Shown here in pieces: positions 1 through 12,012 of a stretch of 32,000 bases of DNA. The stretch is from Nitrospirota bacterium. GTDB lineage: Bacteria; Nitrospirota; UBA9217. Below the pieces are notes generated by a model. That model was not told the DNA's origin. It searched no databases and saw only the letters and a program-made list of their open reading frames with translations. Every line of letters begins with the position of its first letter. The stretch's first letter is position 1. The DNA lies in contig JAGVOT010000122.1 of NCBI GenBank assembly GCA_020052615.1, forward strand, positions 1-32,000. The letters run 5' to 3'. The position numbers and the translations under genes were made by a program.

Positions 1-3008
<3,008 letters not shown>

Positions 3009-3012
<4 letters not shown>

Positions 3013-3491
3013 CCAAAAAAGTCCCGATGACCAAAGAGGGCTACGACAAGATCAAGAAGGACCTCGACCACCTGATGAAGGTGGAGCGTCCGAAGAACAT
3101 CAGGGACATCGAGGAGGCCAGGGGCCACGGAGACCTCTCGGAGAACGCGGAATACCACGCGGCGAAGGAACGCCAGGGGCATATCGACGCCAAAAAACGC
3201 GAGTTGGAGTACAAGCTTTCCAACGCCCAGATCATCGATATCTCGAAGCTGACGAACGAAAAAGTGGTGTTCGGGGCGACGGTAACGCTCGCCGATACCG
3301 ATACGGGAGAAACGAAAAAGTACACGCTCATCGGCCAGGAAGAGGCGGACCTGAAAAAAGGGAAGATATCCGTGCAATCGCCGGTGGGCAAGGCGCTGAT
3401 CGGGCACAAGGTCGGCGATGTCGTGACGATCAAAACACCCGCCAAGACCGTGGAATACGAGATCCAGGAGATCGAGATTGCCGTCGAATAA
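3009..3491 (+). CDS. greA: transcription elongation factor GreA
   Basis: 160 aa. It has an N-terminal coiled coil with [16 protein letters not shown] and a C-terminal globular domain ([17 protein letters not shown]). The start overlaps the carB stop as ATGA. Confidence 0.92.
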
Positions 3492-4296
3492 ACTGCACCG
3501 GGCAAAGGTCCTCCTGCACCGCCCCGCGGGGAGAGGGTACTACCGCCTTGTGCTGCTGGCGCCTGGCCTGGCCGCGGCGGCGGCTCCCGGCCACTTCGTC
3601 ATGCTCAGGGTCTCGGCGAACCTGGACCCGCTGCTCGCACGCCCCTTCGGCATTTCCTCGGTCATTGCGAAACGGTCCATAGAACTGTACTATCGCGTTG
3701 CGGGGAGGGGAACGACCCTGCTCACGGCCGTGGAGCCGGGACGGACGCTCGACCTGCTCGGTCCGCTCGGGAACGGCTTCCCGGTCCCGGACAGGGCGGC
3801 AACACCTCTGCTGGTGGCCGGGGGCAGCGGCTTTCCTCCGCTTCTTTACTTTTCCTCCCGGTACGGAAAACAGGCACGCCTCTTTGTCGGGTCCCGGGAC
3901 AAAGAGTGCCTGCCGCCTGCCGCCGTGATGAAGGACCTTCGCTCACGGACAAAGGCAGTTCATTACGCCACCGAGGACGGAAGCCGGGGGGCCTGCGGCT
4001 TCGTGACCGATACCCTGGCAGCCTACCTTGCCCGTCCCGCGGCCGGCGAGTCGCCGGTGATCTACGCCTGCGGCCCGAACGCCATGCTCGCGTCGGTAAG
4101 CAGGCTGGCAGCGGAGCATTCCATTCCCTGCTATGTCTCGTTGGAGGAACGCATGGCCTGCGGCCTGGGAGTGTGCATGGGCTGCTCGGTGTCCATGAAG
4201 TCGGGCGGCTACAAGCGTGTCTGCAAGGAAGGGCCGGTGTTCGATTCGCGGGAGATCGACTGGGGCGGGAAAACGATCTTGCAGGTGGGAAGGTAA
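3478..4296 (+). CDS. pyrK: dihydroorotate dehydrogenase B electron-transfer subunit (FAD, 2Fe-2S)
   Basis: The translation shows a ferredoxin-reductase-like layout and a C-terminal Cys cluster, CGLGVCMGCSV...VCKEGPVF. The gene lies directly upstream of a class 1B pyrD. The only usable start is the TTG at 3478, about 7 nt after AGGAGA and overlapping the greA end. The exact start is uncertain. Confidence 0.8.
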   Translation: MPSNKLHRAKVLLHRPAGRGYYRLVLLAPGLAAAAAPGHFVMLRVSANLDPLLARPFGISSVIAKRSIELYYRVAGRGTTLLTAVEPGRTLDLLGPLGNGFPVPDRAATPLLVAGGSGFPPLLYFSSRYGKQARLFVGSRDKECLPPAAVMKDLRSRTKAVHYATEDGSRGACGFVTDTLAAYLARPAAGESPVIYACGPNAMLASVSRLAAEHSIPCYVSLEERMACGLGVCMGCSVSMKSGGYKRVCKEGPVFDSREIDWGGKTILQVGR

Positions 4297-4307
4297 CAAA
4301 AGCAGAA

Positions 4308-4387
4308 GGTAGGAGGGTAGGAAGGAAAGAAGGCAAGACAAGTTGTTATTGAAGTTTCCTGCCTTCTTACGTTCTTACCATCTTACC
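4308..4387 (+). repeat. long imperfect inverted repeat (RNA hairpin candidate) in the pyrK-pyrD spacer
   Basis: The purine-rich arm GGTAGGAGGGTAGGAAGGAAAGAAGGCAAG (4308-4337) pairs with the pyrimidine-rich arm CCTGCCTTCTTACGTTCTTACCATCTTACC (4358-4387). By hand pairing, about 26 of 30 positions pair when G:U is allowed. The loop is about 20 nt. Confidence 0.7.
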
Positions 4388-4414
4388 ATCGTCCTTGTTT
4401 GCTGACGCATACCT

Positions 4415-5350
4415 ATGCCATCAAAAAAGAAAACAAAGCCCGACCTCTCGGTGGACTTCGCCGGGATCAGGCTCAAGAACCCCGTGCTGACCGCGTCGGG
4501 GACCTTCGGGTACGGCGAGGAGTTTGCCGATATCATCGACCTGAACCGGCTGGGCGGCGTGATCGTCAAGGGTATTTCGCTCAAACCGATCACGGGCAAT
4601 CCGCCGCCGCGCATCTGGGAGACGCCGTCGGGCATGCTGAACGCCATCGGGCTCGAGAACCCGGGCGTGGACGTCTTTCTCCGGGACAAGCTTCCCTTCC
4701 TCCGGAACTATGATATCGCTGTCCTCGTGAACATATTCGGGTACTGCCTCGAGGACTACGTGGGCGTTGCCGAGCGGCTTGACGGCGTCCCCGGCGTGTC
4801 AGGCCTCGAGGTGAACATATCCTGCCCCAACGTGAAGGCCGGCGGCATCGTGTTCGGCACGGATCTCAAGGCGGCCTTCGAACTGCTCTCGGCGGTCCGC
4901 AAGGCCACCCGGCTGCCGGTCATCGCCAAGCTTTCTCCGAACGTGACGGACATCACCGCGTTCGCGAGAACGGCCCGCGACGCGGGGTGCGACGGGCTTT
5001 CGCTCATCAACACGCTCCTCGGCATGGCCATCGACATCCGGAGCAGACGGCCGAGGCTGGCGAACTGCACCGGGGGACTGTCGGGCCCGGCGATCCGGCC
5101 GGTCGCCGTTCGCATGGTCTGGCAGGCGGCAAAGGCGGTGGACCTCCCTCTCATCGGCATGGGCGGCATCATGACCCATGAGGACGCCCTCGAGTTCATC
5201 CTCGCGGGGGCGTCGGCCGTGGCCGTGGGGACGGCGAACTTCGTCAATCCCCGCGCGACACTGGACATCATCGGGGGCATGGAAGCCTTCCTCGTGCAGG
5301 AAGGCATCGGCAGCGTCAGGGAACTGGTGGGAAAGGTGTGCGTGGCATGA
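4415..5350 (+). CDS. pyrD: dihydroorotate dehydrogenase, class 1B catalytic subunit
   Basis: 311 aa. Motifs seen are [33 protein letters not shown] and [10 protein letters not shown]. It is paired with pyrK. Confidence 0.93.
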   Translation: MPSKKKTKPDLSVDFAGIRLKNPVLTASGTFGYGEEFADIIDLNRLGGVIVKGISLKPITGNPPPRIWETPSGMLNAIGLENPGVDVFLRDKLPFLRNYDIAVLVNIFGYCLEDYVGVAERLDGVPGVSGLEVNISCPNVKAGGIVFGTDLKAAFELLSAVRKATRLPVIAKLSPNVTDITAFARTARDAGCDGLSLINTLLGMAIDIRSRRPRLANCTGGLSGPAIRPVAVRMVWQAAKAVDLPLIGMGGIMTHEDALEFILAGASAVAVGTANFVNPRATLDIIGGMEAFLVQEGIGSVRELVGKVCVA

Positions 5351-6834
5351 GGTTCGTCTCGAGCCTGAAAAGCAAGATCATCCTGGCGGTGTCCGCGATC
5401 CTGGCGGTCATCATCGGGACCGGCACGTGGATCAACATCGGGTACCAGCGGTCCCAGATGGAGGGCGCCCTCGAGGACAACGTCCTGATCATTGCCAACA
5501 CGATCGAGAAGAGCCTGGACAACGCCATGCTTGACGGGAAGAGCAAGGAGGTGCAGCATATCCTCGAAGCCGTCGGGACCTATCATAATATCCAGGAGCT
5601 GAAGATCTTCAGCCCCAACGGCGTGATCCTGAAGGCCTCAAAGCCCGGTCTCATCGGCAGAAAAGTGGACGGCACGACCCAGAAGTGGTATCTCGAGGGC
5701 AAGTTCAAGCGGCCCATCAAGCGCCGCGACGAGGGCGTCTTCTCCGTGCTGTTCCCCATCGAGAACACGGAACGGTGCTTTCACTGTCACGGCTCCAAGG
5801 CGAAACTGAACGGCATCCTGTCCGTGGACGTGTCCATGGCGCAGACGCAGGCGAAGGTCGGCGAGCTCAGCAAGACCATGGTCCTCTGGGCCTTCGGCAT
5901 CACGGCGACGCTTGCCCTGTCGCTGGGCATGTTCCTGACCAGGTTCGTCACGAAGCCGATCCAGGACCTGATCGCCACCATGGAGCGTGCGGAGCGGGGG
6001 CTGGAGGCGCGGGTGCAGGTGAAGAGCTCCGACGACATCGGACGGCTGGGCGAGGCGTTCAATTCGCTCCTGTCCAAGCTGGAGCGGGCGCGCCGCCGCG
6101 TTGAACGGTATCATTACGAGCAGATGAAGAGGGCTGACCGCCTGGCGTCGATCGGCGAGATGGCGGCCGGCATCGCACACGAGATCAAGAACCCCCTTGC
6201 GGGCATTGCCGGCGTGATCCAGGTGCTGAAGAAGGACCTCCCGCCGGGGGAACCGAAGCGGGCCGTGCTGGACGAAGTGCTTTCCCAGGTGGAGCGCATG
6301 GACAAGGCCGTCCGAAACCTCCTGTCCTTCGCCCGGCCTCCGGAACCCAAGATGACCCTCGTGGATGTCAACGAACTCATCGCCAAACTGCTCGATTTTC
6401 TCGCTCCGCAGTTCGCGAAGCATGGGATCGCGGCGGAACGGAAGCTTAGCACGGGACTGCCCTGGCTCGCTCTGGACCCCGACCTGCTGCAGCAGGCCCT
6501 TCTGAACATCTCCCTGAACGCCATCAAGGCCATGCCCGAAGGAGGCAGCTTCTCCATTGAAACCCGGCTGGAACTGCCGGAAGGAACGGGTCAGGGCGCC
6601 ATCAGGATCATTTTCTCGGACACCGGCGAGGGGATCCTGCCGGAGAACCTGGGCAGAATATTCAGTCCGTTCTTTACGACGCGCCAACAGGGTACGGGGT
6701 TGGGACTGGCCATTACCCAGCGGATCGTCGAGCAGCATAATGGGGAGATCAGCGTGATGAGCACTCCGGGACGGGGGACTTCCTTCACGATCAGCCTCCC
6801 GTTGTCCGTGAGCGAGCAGGCACAAGGAGCGTAG
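5347..6834 (+). CDS. sensor histidine kinase: TM, periplasmic domain with one CXXCH, TM, HAMP, HisKA, HATPase_c
   Basis: The H-box is [15 protein letters not shown]. The ATPase motifs are NAIKAM, DTGEGI and GTGLGLA. Two hydrophobic segments flank a domain of about 150 aa containing [11 protein letters not shown]. The ATG at 5347 overlaps the pyrD stop (ATGA). A GTG at 5338 is an alternative start. Confidence 0.88.
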   Translation: MRFVSSLKSKIILAVSAILAVIIGTGTWINIGYQRSQMEGALEDNVLIIANTIEKSLDNAMLDGKSKEVQHILEAVGTYHNIQELKIFSPNGVILKASKPGLIGRKVDGTTQKWYLEGKFKRPIKRRDEGVFSVLFPIENTERCFHCHGSKAKLNGILSVDVSMAQTQAKVGELSKTMVLWAFGITATLALSLGMFLTRFVTKPIQDLIATMERAERGLEARVQVKSSDDIGRLGEAFNSLLSKLERARRRVERYHYEQMKRADRLASIGEMAAGIAHEIKNPLAGIAGVIQVLKKDLPPGEPKRAVLDEVLSQVERMDKAVRNLLSFARPPEPKMTLVDVNELIAKLLDFLAPQFAKHGIAAERKLSTGLPWLALDPDLLQQALLNISLNAIKAMPEGGSFSIETRLELPEGTGQGAIRIIFSDTGEGILPENLGRIFSPFFTTRQQGTGLGLAITQRIVEQHNGEISVMSTPGRGTSFTISLPLSVSEQAQGA

Positions 6835-6839
6835 GGACT

Positions 6840-8207
6840 ATGCCGCAGAAGATCCTGGTCATTGATGATGAAAAACTGATCCGCTGGACCCTGGAACAGC
6901 ACCTTGCAAAGGAAGGGTTCGAGGTGGTGACCGCGGATTCCGCGGAGAAGGGGCTCGAGATCATCAATGAGGATGCTCCGGACCTCATCCTTCTCGATAA
7001 CCGCCTGCCGGAGATGACGGGTCTCGAGCTCCTGGAGCAGTTGAATGTGCCGGAGCGGGGCCTCATGGTCATCATGATCACCGCGTACGGGCTTGTGGAA
7101 ACAGCGGTCAGGGCGATGAAACTGGGCGCCTACGACTACATCAGCAAACCCTTTAACCTCGAAGAGATCACCTTCGTGATCCGGAAGGCCATGGAGGCGG
7201 GGTCGCTCCGGTACCAGGTAAGGCAGCTGCGGGACAAGGTCAACACGATCATCGGAGAGAGCGACCAGATGGTGCAGGTGAAGAACCTCATCCTCAAGAT
7301 CGCCAAGAGCGACGCGACGACGGTGCTGATCCAGGGTGAAAGCGGTACGGGGAAGGAACTGGTGGCCAAGGCGATCCATTACAGCAGCGCACGGGCCGAC
7401 AAGCCGTTCATGGCCATCAACTGCGCGGCGCTGCCGGTCACGCTGCTGGAGACCGAGCTCATGGGCCATGAAAAGGGGGCGTTCACCGACGCCAAGGCGG
7501 CAAAGAAAGGGCTGTTCGAACTTGCCGACGGCGGCACCCTGTTCCTTGACGAGATCGGCGACATGGACCTGAGCATGCAGGCCAAACTTCTGCGTATTCT
7601 CGAAGAAAAGACCTTTCGCAGGGTAGGGGGGGTCAAGGATATCAAGGTGGATGTACGGGTCATTTCCGCAACGAACCAGGATCTTTCGACTACCCGGAGC
7701 GACATCCGGTTCCGGAAGGACCTCTACTACCGACTTCAGGTGGTCCCCATCCTTCTGCCGCCGCTGCGGGAGCGGGGACAGGATGCACTTCTTCTCGCAC
7801 GGCATTTCACCGATTATTTCAGCCGGGAATGCCACAAGAGCGTCAAGGGGATATCCAAGGACGTGGAGCGTGTGCTGCTGTCCTACCACTGGCCGGGGAA
7901 CGTGCGGGAGCTCAAGAACGTCATCGAGCGGGCCATGATCTTCGATGTCGAACAGGAGCTCCTTCCGGAGCACATTCCCCAGGAGATCATGGAGTCCGGG
8001 ACGGTACCGGTCGTGCATGCTGAATCTGCCATCTCGCTGGATTGTCTCGTCATACCCGAGACGGGGATATCCATTGAGGATGTCGAGCATGCCTTGGTCA
8101 AGAAGGCACTGCAGATGGCAGGAGACAATCAGACGCGTGCGGCTCAGCTGCTCAGGATGCCCCGCGACGCGTTCCGGCGGAGGATGAAGCGGTTTGGACT
8201 GATCTGA
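6840..8207 (+). CDS. sigma54-dependent response regulator (REC, AAA+ enhancer-binding domain, Fis-type HTH; NtrC/AtoC family)
   Basis: The REC domain has DLILLD. The Walker A motif is GESGTGKE. The sigma54-contact loop reads GAFTDA. Also present are DEIGDM, the R-finger region RVISATN and a C-terminal HTH (NQTRAAQLLRMPRDAFRRRMKRFG). Confidence 0.92.
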   Translation: MPQKILVIDDEKLIRWTLEQHLAKEGFEVVTADSAEKGLEIINEDAPDLILLDNRLPEMTGLELLEQLNVPERGLMVIMITAYGLVETAVRAMKLGAYDYISKPFNLEEITFVIRKAMEAGSLRYQVRQLRDKVNTIIGESDQMVQVKNLILKIAKSDATTVLIQGESGTGKELVAKAIHYSSARADKPFMAINCAALPVTLLETELMGHEKGAFTDAKAAKKGLFELADGGTLFLDEIGDMDLSMQAKLLRILEEKTFRRVGGVKDIKVDVRVISATNQDLSTTRSDIRFRKDLYYRLQVVPILLPPLRERGQDALLLARHFTDYFSRECHKSVKGISKDVERVLLSYHWPGNVRELKNVIERAMIFDVEQELLPEHIPQEIMESGTVPVVHAESAISLDCLVIPETGISIEDVEHALVKKALQMAGDNQTRAAQLLRMPRDAFRRRMKRFGLI

Positions 8208-8449
8208 GGGAGGTGAATGCCGTCGCAGGCACGTCCGCACGGCCGCTTGCTCAGCAGATCACTCTGGCATTTCCACCGGCATGACGAAACTACAAACAGA
8301 TCGATCCTCATTGATCTGTTATCTGTTCATCTCCCGATGATATATCGATGGATTCGCAGTCCCTTCCCTGGAACATCGAACACCGCGACGATCCCGCGCC
8401 ATACTTCCCGTCATGCAGTTTCTTGAAGGCTTCTGAAGACTCTCAAAAT

Positions 8450-8570
8450 GTCATTGCGAGGAGCGCTTTCGCTAGCCTGCCCCGGCATGGTTCAAGCAGG
8501 GGCGGCAATCTTGCAGGTATGGATTTCTTTCAAGCCGAGATTGCTTCGCTTTGCTCGCAAAGACGGCAAT
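8450..8570. repeat. degenerate nested palindromic (REP/MITE-like) element in the convergent intergenic region
   Basis: The outer pair is TTGCGAG (8454-8460) with CTCGCAA (8554-8560). The inner pair is GCAATCT (8505-8511) with AGATTGC (8538-8544). The right arm AGATTGCTTCGCTTTGCTCGCAA is compact. The left arm is split by about 44 nt. Confidence 0.55.
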
Positions 8571-8642
8571 AGGACCTATATCGTGACCTGCTGCACAATC
8601 GTGTTCCGTTGCGCGTTCGCTTTAAAGAGGTCCGATGAAAGG

Positions 8643-9428
8643 TCAGTTCAGGTCGGGATGGCATCTTCTGCAATCCTGGATGGGGAAGGCGACGGTGAGG
8701 TGGCAGACGCCGCAGAATTTACCATTCTTGATGTAGTCCATGCGAAAGTGCTTGGTCCCTTTTTTCTGGATATTGAAGATGTCGGGATGGCAGTCGGCGC
8801 AGTCGAGCCATTCGGTGTGCTTCTGATGGGGGAACGAAGCACGCGTCTTGACCATGCGCCATTCCGGTTCAAGGCGGAGGTTCTTGTCAAAAGGGAGGGA
8901 CTCAAAATCCGGATTGAAGAGGCTCTGTTTTGGCTTGATAAGGCCAATTTTCAGGGCCTTGACCCAGTTGATCCGGTCTCCATACCGGGCCCTGGGAAAA
9001 TCCTGCAGCTCTTTGAACCGCGCGTCCGAGGAACCGACGTTGCCCGTATGGCAGGTCTTGCAGGTTTGTTCCGTTATCCCGAAGGCGATCTTGCCGTTAT
9101 GACACGCCCCGCAGTATTCGCCTTTCCGGATCTTCGCATCGGTCATGTCCGTGGCGTTCGTCTTCATCGCGAAGTTCAGTTCGAAATGGCATACGCGGCA
9201 GGTGAAACGCCGCCGGTGGACCCAGTGGGAAAAGGCCACCGGCGGGTGGGTGCTGCTGAACGTGAGCCTGCTGATGAGGACATTCCCGTACTGCGAGGGA
9301 GGAAGGAGCGCGGGAAGGCTCCAGACCGTGTCGAACTGGGTCCCCCGCACCGGTTCCCTGCTGTCGCTCATGCAGGAAAACGAACTTCCCGCAAGCAACA
9401 GGGCAAGGACAATGACTATCGTTCGCAT
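8643..9428 (-). CDS. hexaheme c-type cytochrome (two c7-like triheme modules), periplasmic
   Basis: There are six CXXCH motifs: CRVCH, CGACH, CKTCH, CADCH, CGVCH and CRRCH. The signal peptide is MRTIVIVLALLLAGSSFSC. The ATG at 9428 is preceded by AAGGA, and this start is preferred over the longer 9485 start. It is a paralogue of the upstream gene. Confidence 0.85.
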   Translation of the reverse strand: MRTIVIVLALLLAGSSFSCMSDSREPVRGTQFDTVWSLPALLPPSQYGNVLISRLTFSSTHPPVAFSHWVHRRRFTCRVCHFELNFAMKTNATDMTDAKIRKGEYCGACHNGKIAFGITEQTCKTCHTGNVGSSDARFKELQDFPRARYGDRINWVKALKIGLIKPKQSLFNPDFESLPFDKNLRLEPEWRMVKTRASFPHQKHTEWLDCADCHPDIFNIQKKGTKHFRMDYIKNGKFCGVCHLTVAFPIQDCRRCHPDLN

Positions 9429-9481
9429 GCGTTCCTTTGTTCGTGAGACCGCCTCTTCATGCCCGGAGTGTCCCGAATGGA

Positions 9482-10273
9482 TCAATAGACCTCTTTCAGA
9501 TGACAGAGCTGACAGTCATAGAACGGGAACGCGACCTTGGCGTGACAGCTGCCGCAATACTTGCCGGCGAAGATGTCCTGCATATTGTACTTGGTGGCGC
9601 CCTTCTTGGCTCCGAAGATCTCGGGATGGCAGAGTTCGCATCCGTTGATGTCGGCGTGGATCTTGTGGGAGAAGATGATGTCCGGCATGCCGAGGATCGT
9701 GGACTTGATGTCGAAGTCCTTTGGCCGGGGAATGTCCTGCCGCTTGATGGAAATTCCTTCGACCTGGTCGCTGAGCTTGATGAGGTTCTTGTCAGCGGCC
9801 TTCATCCAGTCGACCCGGTTGCCGAACCGTGCCGGCGGGAAGCCCTTCAGGAATTCGTTGAAATCCTTCTGGTTCTTCACGTCCTTGCCGTAGGAGTGGC
9901 AGCGTTCGCAGTTCTGGACCTCGGTTACCAGCTTTTCCCGCGTTGTGGGACCGAAGGCCTCTTTGCCGTTATGGCAAGACCCGCAGTACAGGTGGTTCGT
10001 GTTGTCGGCTTCCCTGATATCGCTGCCGCCGGCCTCCATTGCGAATCCGAGATCGACATGGCAGACCCTGCAGGTGTATTTGGCCCGATGGATCCAGTGT
10101 TTGAATACGACCGGCGCGATGTTGTTCTTCTCGGAATAGTTATTGATGATGACATTGCCGAACTCTTCGGGCCGCGGCATTCTCTTCTTCGTGCCGAAGC
10201 TGCTGGTGGCGGCGATGCCTATGGATGCGAACACGAACAACAGTAGAGCGATGATCAGGACTTTGCGATTCAT
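9482..10273 (-). CDS. hexaheme c-type cytochrome (two c7-like triheme modules), periplasmic
   Basis: There are six CXXCH motifs: CRVCH, CGSCH, CERCH, CELCH, CGSCH and CQLCH. The signal peptide is MNRKVLIIALLLFVFASIGIAA. A GGAAGGAGAA ribosome-binding site lies 7 nt before the ATG. Confidence 0.88.
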   Translation of the reverse strand: MNRKVLIIALLLFVFASIGIAATSSFGTKKRMPRPEEFGNVIINNYSEKNNIAPVVFKHWIHRAKYTCRVCHVDLGFAMEAGGSDIREADNTNHLYCGSCHNGKEAFGPTTREKLVTEVQNCERCHSYGKDVKNQKDFNEFLKGFPPARFGNRVDWMKAADKNLIKLSDQVEGISIKRQDIPRPKDFDIKSTILGMPDIIFSHKIHADINGCELCHPEIFGAKKGATKYNMQDIFAGKYCGSCHAKVAFPFYDCQLCHLKEVY

Positions 10274-10506
10274 TTTGTGGTTCTCCTTCCTAATTGCCTA
10301 ATTGGTGCGGCGTGATAACGTGAACACGATCAATTGTCGGGCAGGACGCTGGGGCCCGGCGCGCAGACTCCCGTGATGCGGATACGAAAATGCCTTATGC
10401 TCCTTTAAAAGATCTTTGACACTGAAGACCCTGAGAACGGCTATGATAACTGCGGATACATCGATTCATTATCATGCCTCTTCATAAGAAGTCATCCGCC
10501 ACTTCT

Positions 10507-10543
10507 GTGTCAAAGAATCCAGGATCCTGATTTTCTTTGACAC
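10507..10543. promoter_or_regulatory. near-perfect 37-bp palindrome (operator or RNA hairpin candidate)
   Basis: Sequence GTGTCAAAGAA-TC-CAGGATCCTG-ATT-TTCTTTGACAC. It has 11-bp perfect arms around a 10-bp perfect palindrome. A third copy of the half-site, TCTTTGACAC, lies at 10413-10422. Confidence 0.6.
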
Positions 10544-10551
10544 GGAAGATA

Positions 10552-12012
10552 CTATCGATGGCAGTGCTGGCACAGATCGGCGGGCTTTTCCGCCTTATAC
10601 CGGAAAAGGCCTTTCCAGTCGGAGCTGTGCGCATTATGGCAGCTGATGCAGGCCATGGTCCTGTTGGCGCGTTTCGGATCGTCCACCTTGTCGATCGGAT
10701 GGCCGGATTTCCCGCCTTTCGGCTTTACCTTGATGTCGCCGGGAAGGGGCGTGTCCGGGTGCTGGCCGTTGAACGCGCTGCTGTGGCACTTCCGGCACAT
10801 GTCATTGCCTTCGGCTTTCGCGAGGCCCTTGAACGGAGAGGTATGGTTGCCGTGGCAATCGAAGCATCTGCCGTCGGCGACGGGTTTGTGCACATACTTG
10901 CCCGTGAACCCTTCCGTGCTGTGGCACGTATAGCAGAGGTCGGGGGACTTCCCGATGAGGAGCTTCTGGGACTGGCTCTGATGGGACGAGTGACAACTGC
11001 TGCACATGCCGATCTTGAAAGGACCGTGCTTTTCCCTGCCCATGAGCTCTTCGTTCATATGGCATTCAAAACAGAGCCCCGGGGTAGATTTGGTCAGCAG
11101 GAACTTTGATTTCGCATTATGCGCCTTGTGGCACGTGGTGCACCGTCCGCCTGCAACGGGCTTGTGGCCGTATTTGCCGCCGGTGAAGGATTTTTTATCG
11201 TGGCATTTATAGCAGAGCTCAGGCTGCTTTGCCTGCAGGAGCTTTTCCGTCCGGGACTGGTGCGAACTGTGACAGGACAGGCAATTTCCCTGGGCAACGG
11301 GTTCGTGAATGATACCGCTTGTGTATGCATTCTTGTCGTGGCAGGTGTAGCAGAGCCCCGGCGATTCCGCGACGAGGAGGTCCTTTGCATTCTGCGAATG
11401 GGGATTGTGGCAGGCGGTGCACTTGCCCGAAATGACCGGCTGGTGCTGCATCGCGGTCTTGTCGGCGATGCTCGCCCGGTCATGGCATCTGAAGCACAAC
11501 TCGGGCATGTTGAACGTCAGCAGCTTCTCATTGTTGTCCGAGCTGTGCGCGTCGTGGCAGAACCCGCACAGGGCGGCAGCGGTCGGGAAGTGGATGTTCT
11601 TCCTGGCCGAGATGTTCTTGTCGTGGCACTTGTAGCAGAGATCGGGCATGGCGGTGCTGAGCAGGCGGACGTTGTTGGAGGAATGCGGGTTGTGGCAGCC
11701 GGTGCATTTCCCCGTGGTTACCGGTTTGTGCTGGTAGCGCCTCAGGAACAGCGACCTGCTGTGGCAATCATAACAGAGGTCGGGCTGTTCGGACTTGAGG
11801 GAGAGAACGCCCTTGTTCGTGCCTCCCGCATGGGGCGCGACATGGCAGACACCGCAGCCTTTTTTCATGGCCCCGTGCAGCACCCTGCCTTTGCTCATTG
11901 CCTGGTGGCACTTGTTGCAGTCCTCATCGGCAGCGAAGGCGACCTCCGCGAACAGGAGCATTGCGGCAGCGCAGAGGAACGCTGATACTATCGGAAGGTT
12001 CTTGAAGTTCAT
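10552..12012 (-). CDS. 19-heme c-type cytochrome built from 'doubled CXXCH' repeats
   Basis: 19 CXXCH motifs were counted in the translation. The recurring unit is LCYxCH...H.PV..G.C..CH.xH. The signal peptide is MNFKNLPIVSAFLCAAAMLLFAEVAFA. The start is the ATG at 12012, with the GTG at 12033 as an alternative. Neither has a clear ribosome-binding site. Confidence 0.9.
   Translation of the reverse strand: MNFKNLPIVSAFLCAAAMLLFAEVAFAADEDCNKCHQAMSKGRVLHGAMKKGCGVCHVAPHAGGTNKGVLSLKSEQPDLCYDCHSRSLFLRRYQHKPVTTGKCTGCHNPHSSNNVRLLSTAMPDLCYKCHDKNISARKNIHFPTAAALCGFCHDAHSSDNNEKLLTFNMPELCFRCHDRASIADKTAMQHQPVISGKCTACHNPHSQNAKDLLVAESPGLCYTCHDKNAYTSGIIHEPVAQGNCLSCHSSHQSRTEKLLQAKQPELCYKCHDKKSFTGGKYGHKPVAGGRCTTCHKAHNAKSKFLLTKSTPGLCFECHMNEELMGREKHGPFKIGMCSSCHSSHQSQSQKLLIGKSPDLCYTCHSTEGFTGKYVHKPVADGRCFDCHGNHTSPFKGLAKAEGNDMCRKCHSSAFNGQHPDTPLPGDIKVKPKGGKSGHPIDKVDDPKRANRTMACISCHNAHSSDWKGLFRYKAEKPADLCQHCHR

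Noticed and set aside
3698-4352. Several overlapping ORFs in both strands within pyrK (3698-3928, 3722-4336, 3906-4352, 3943-4341).
   Set aside because: They are alternative-frame artefacts of a GC-rich gene. Only the 3478-4296 frame yields the PyrK Fe-S cysteine cluster.
5638-8240. Long minus-strand ORFs (5638-6825, 395 aa; 6591-8240, 549 aa) opposite the kinase and regulator genes.
   Set aside because: They are antisense shadow ORFs typical of GC-rich coding DNA. Their translations are Arg/Pro/Gly-rich with no motifs, while the plus-strand products have complete kinase and enhancer-binding-protein motifs.
10274-10551. A search for a sigma54 promoter (GG-N10-GC) or a clean sigma70 promoter in the spacer upstream of the hexaheme genes.
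   Set aside because: Checking every GC/CC pair at the right spacing by hand found no acceptable match. The TTGACA strings are part of the repeated half-site and lack a properly spaced -10 element.
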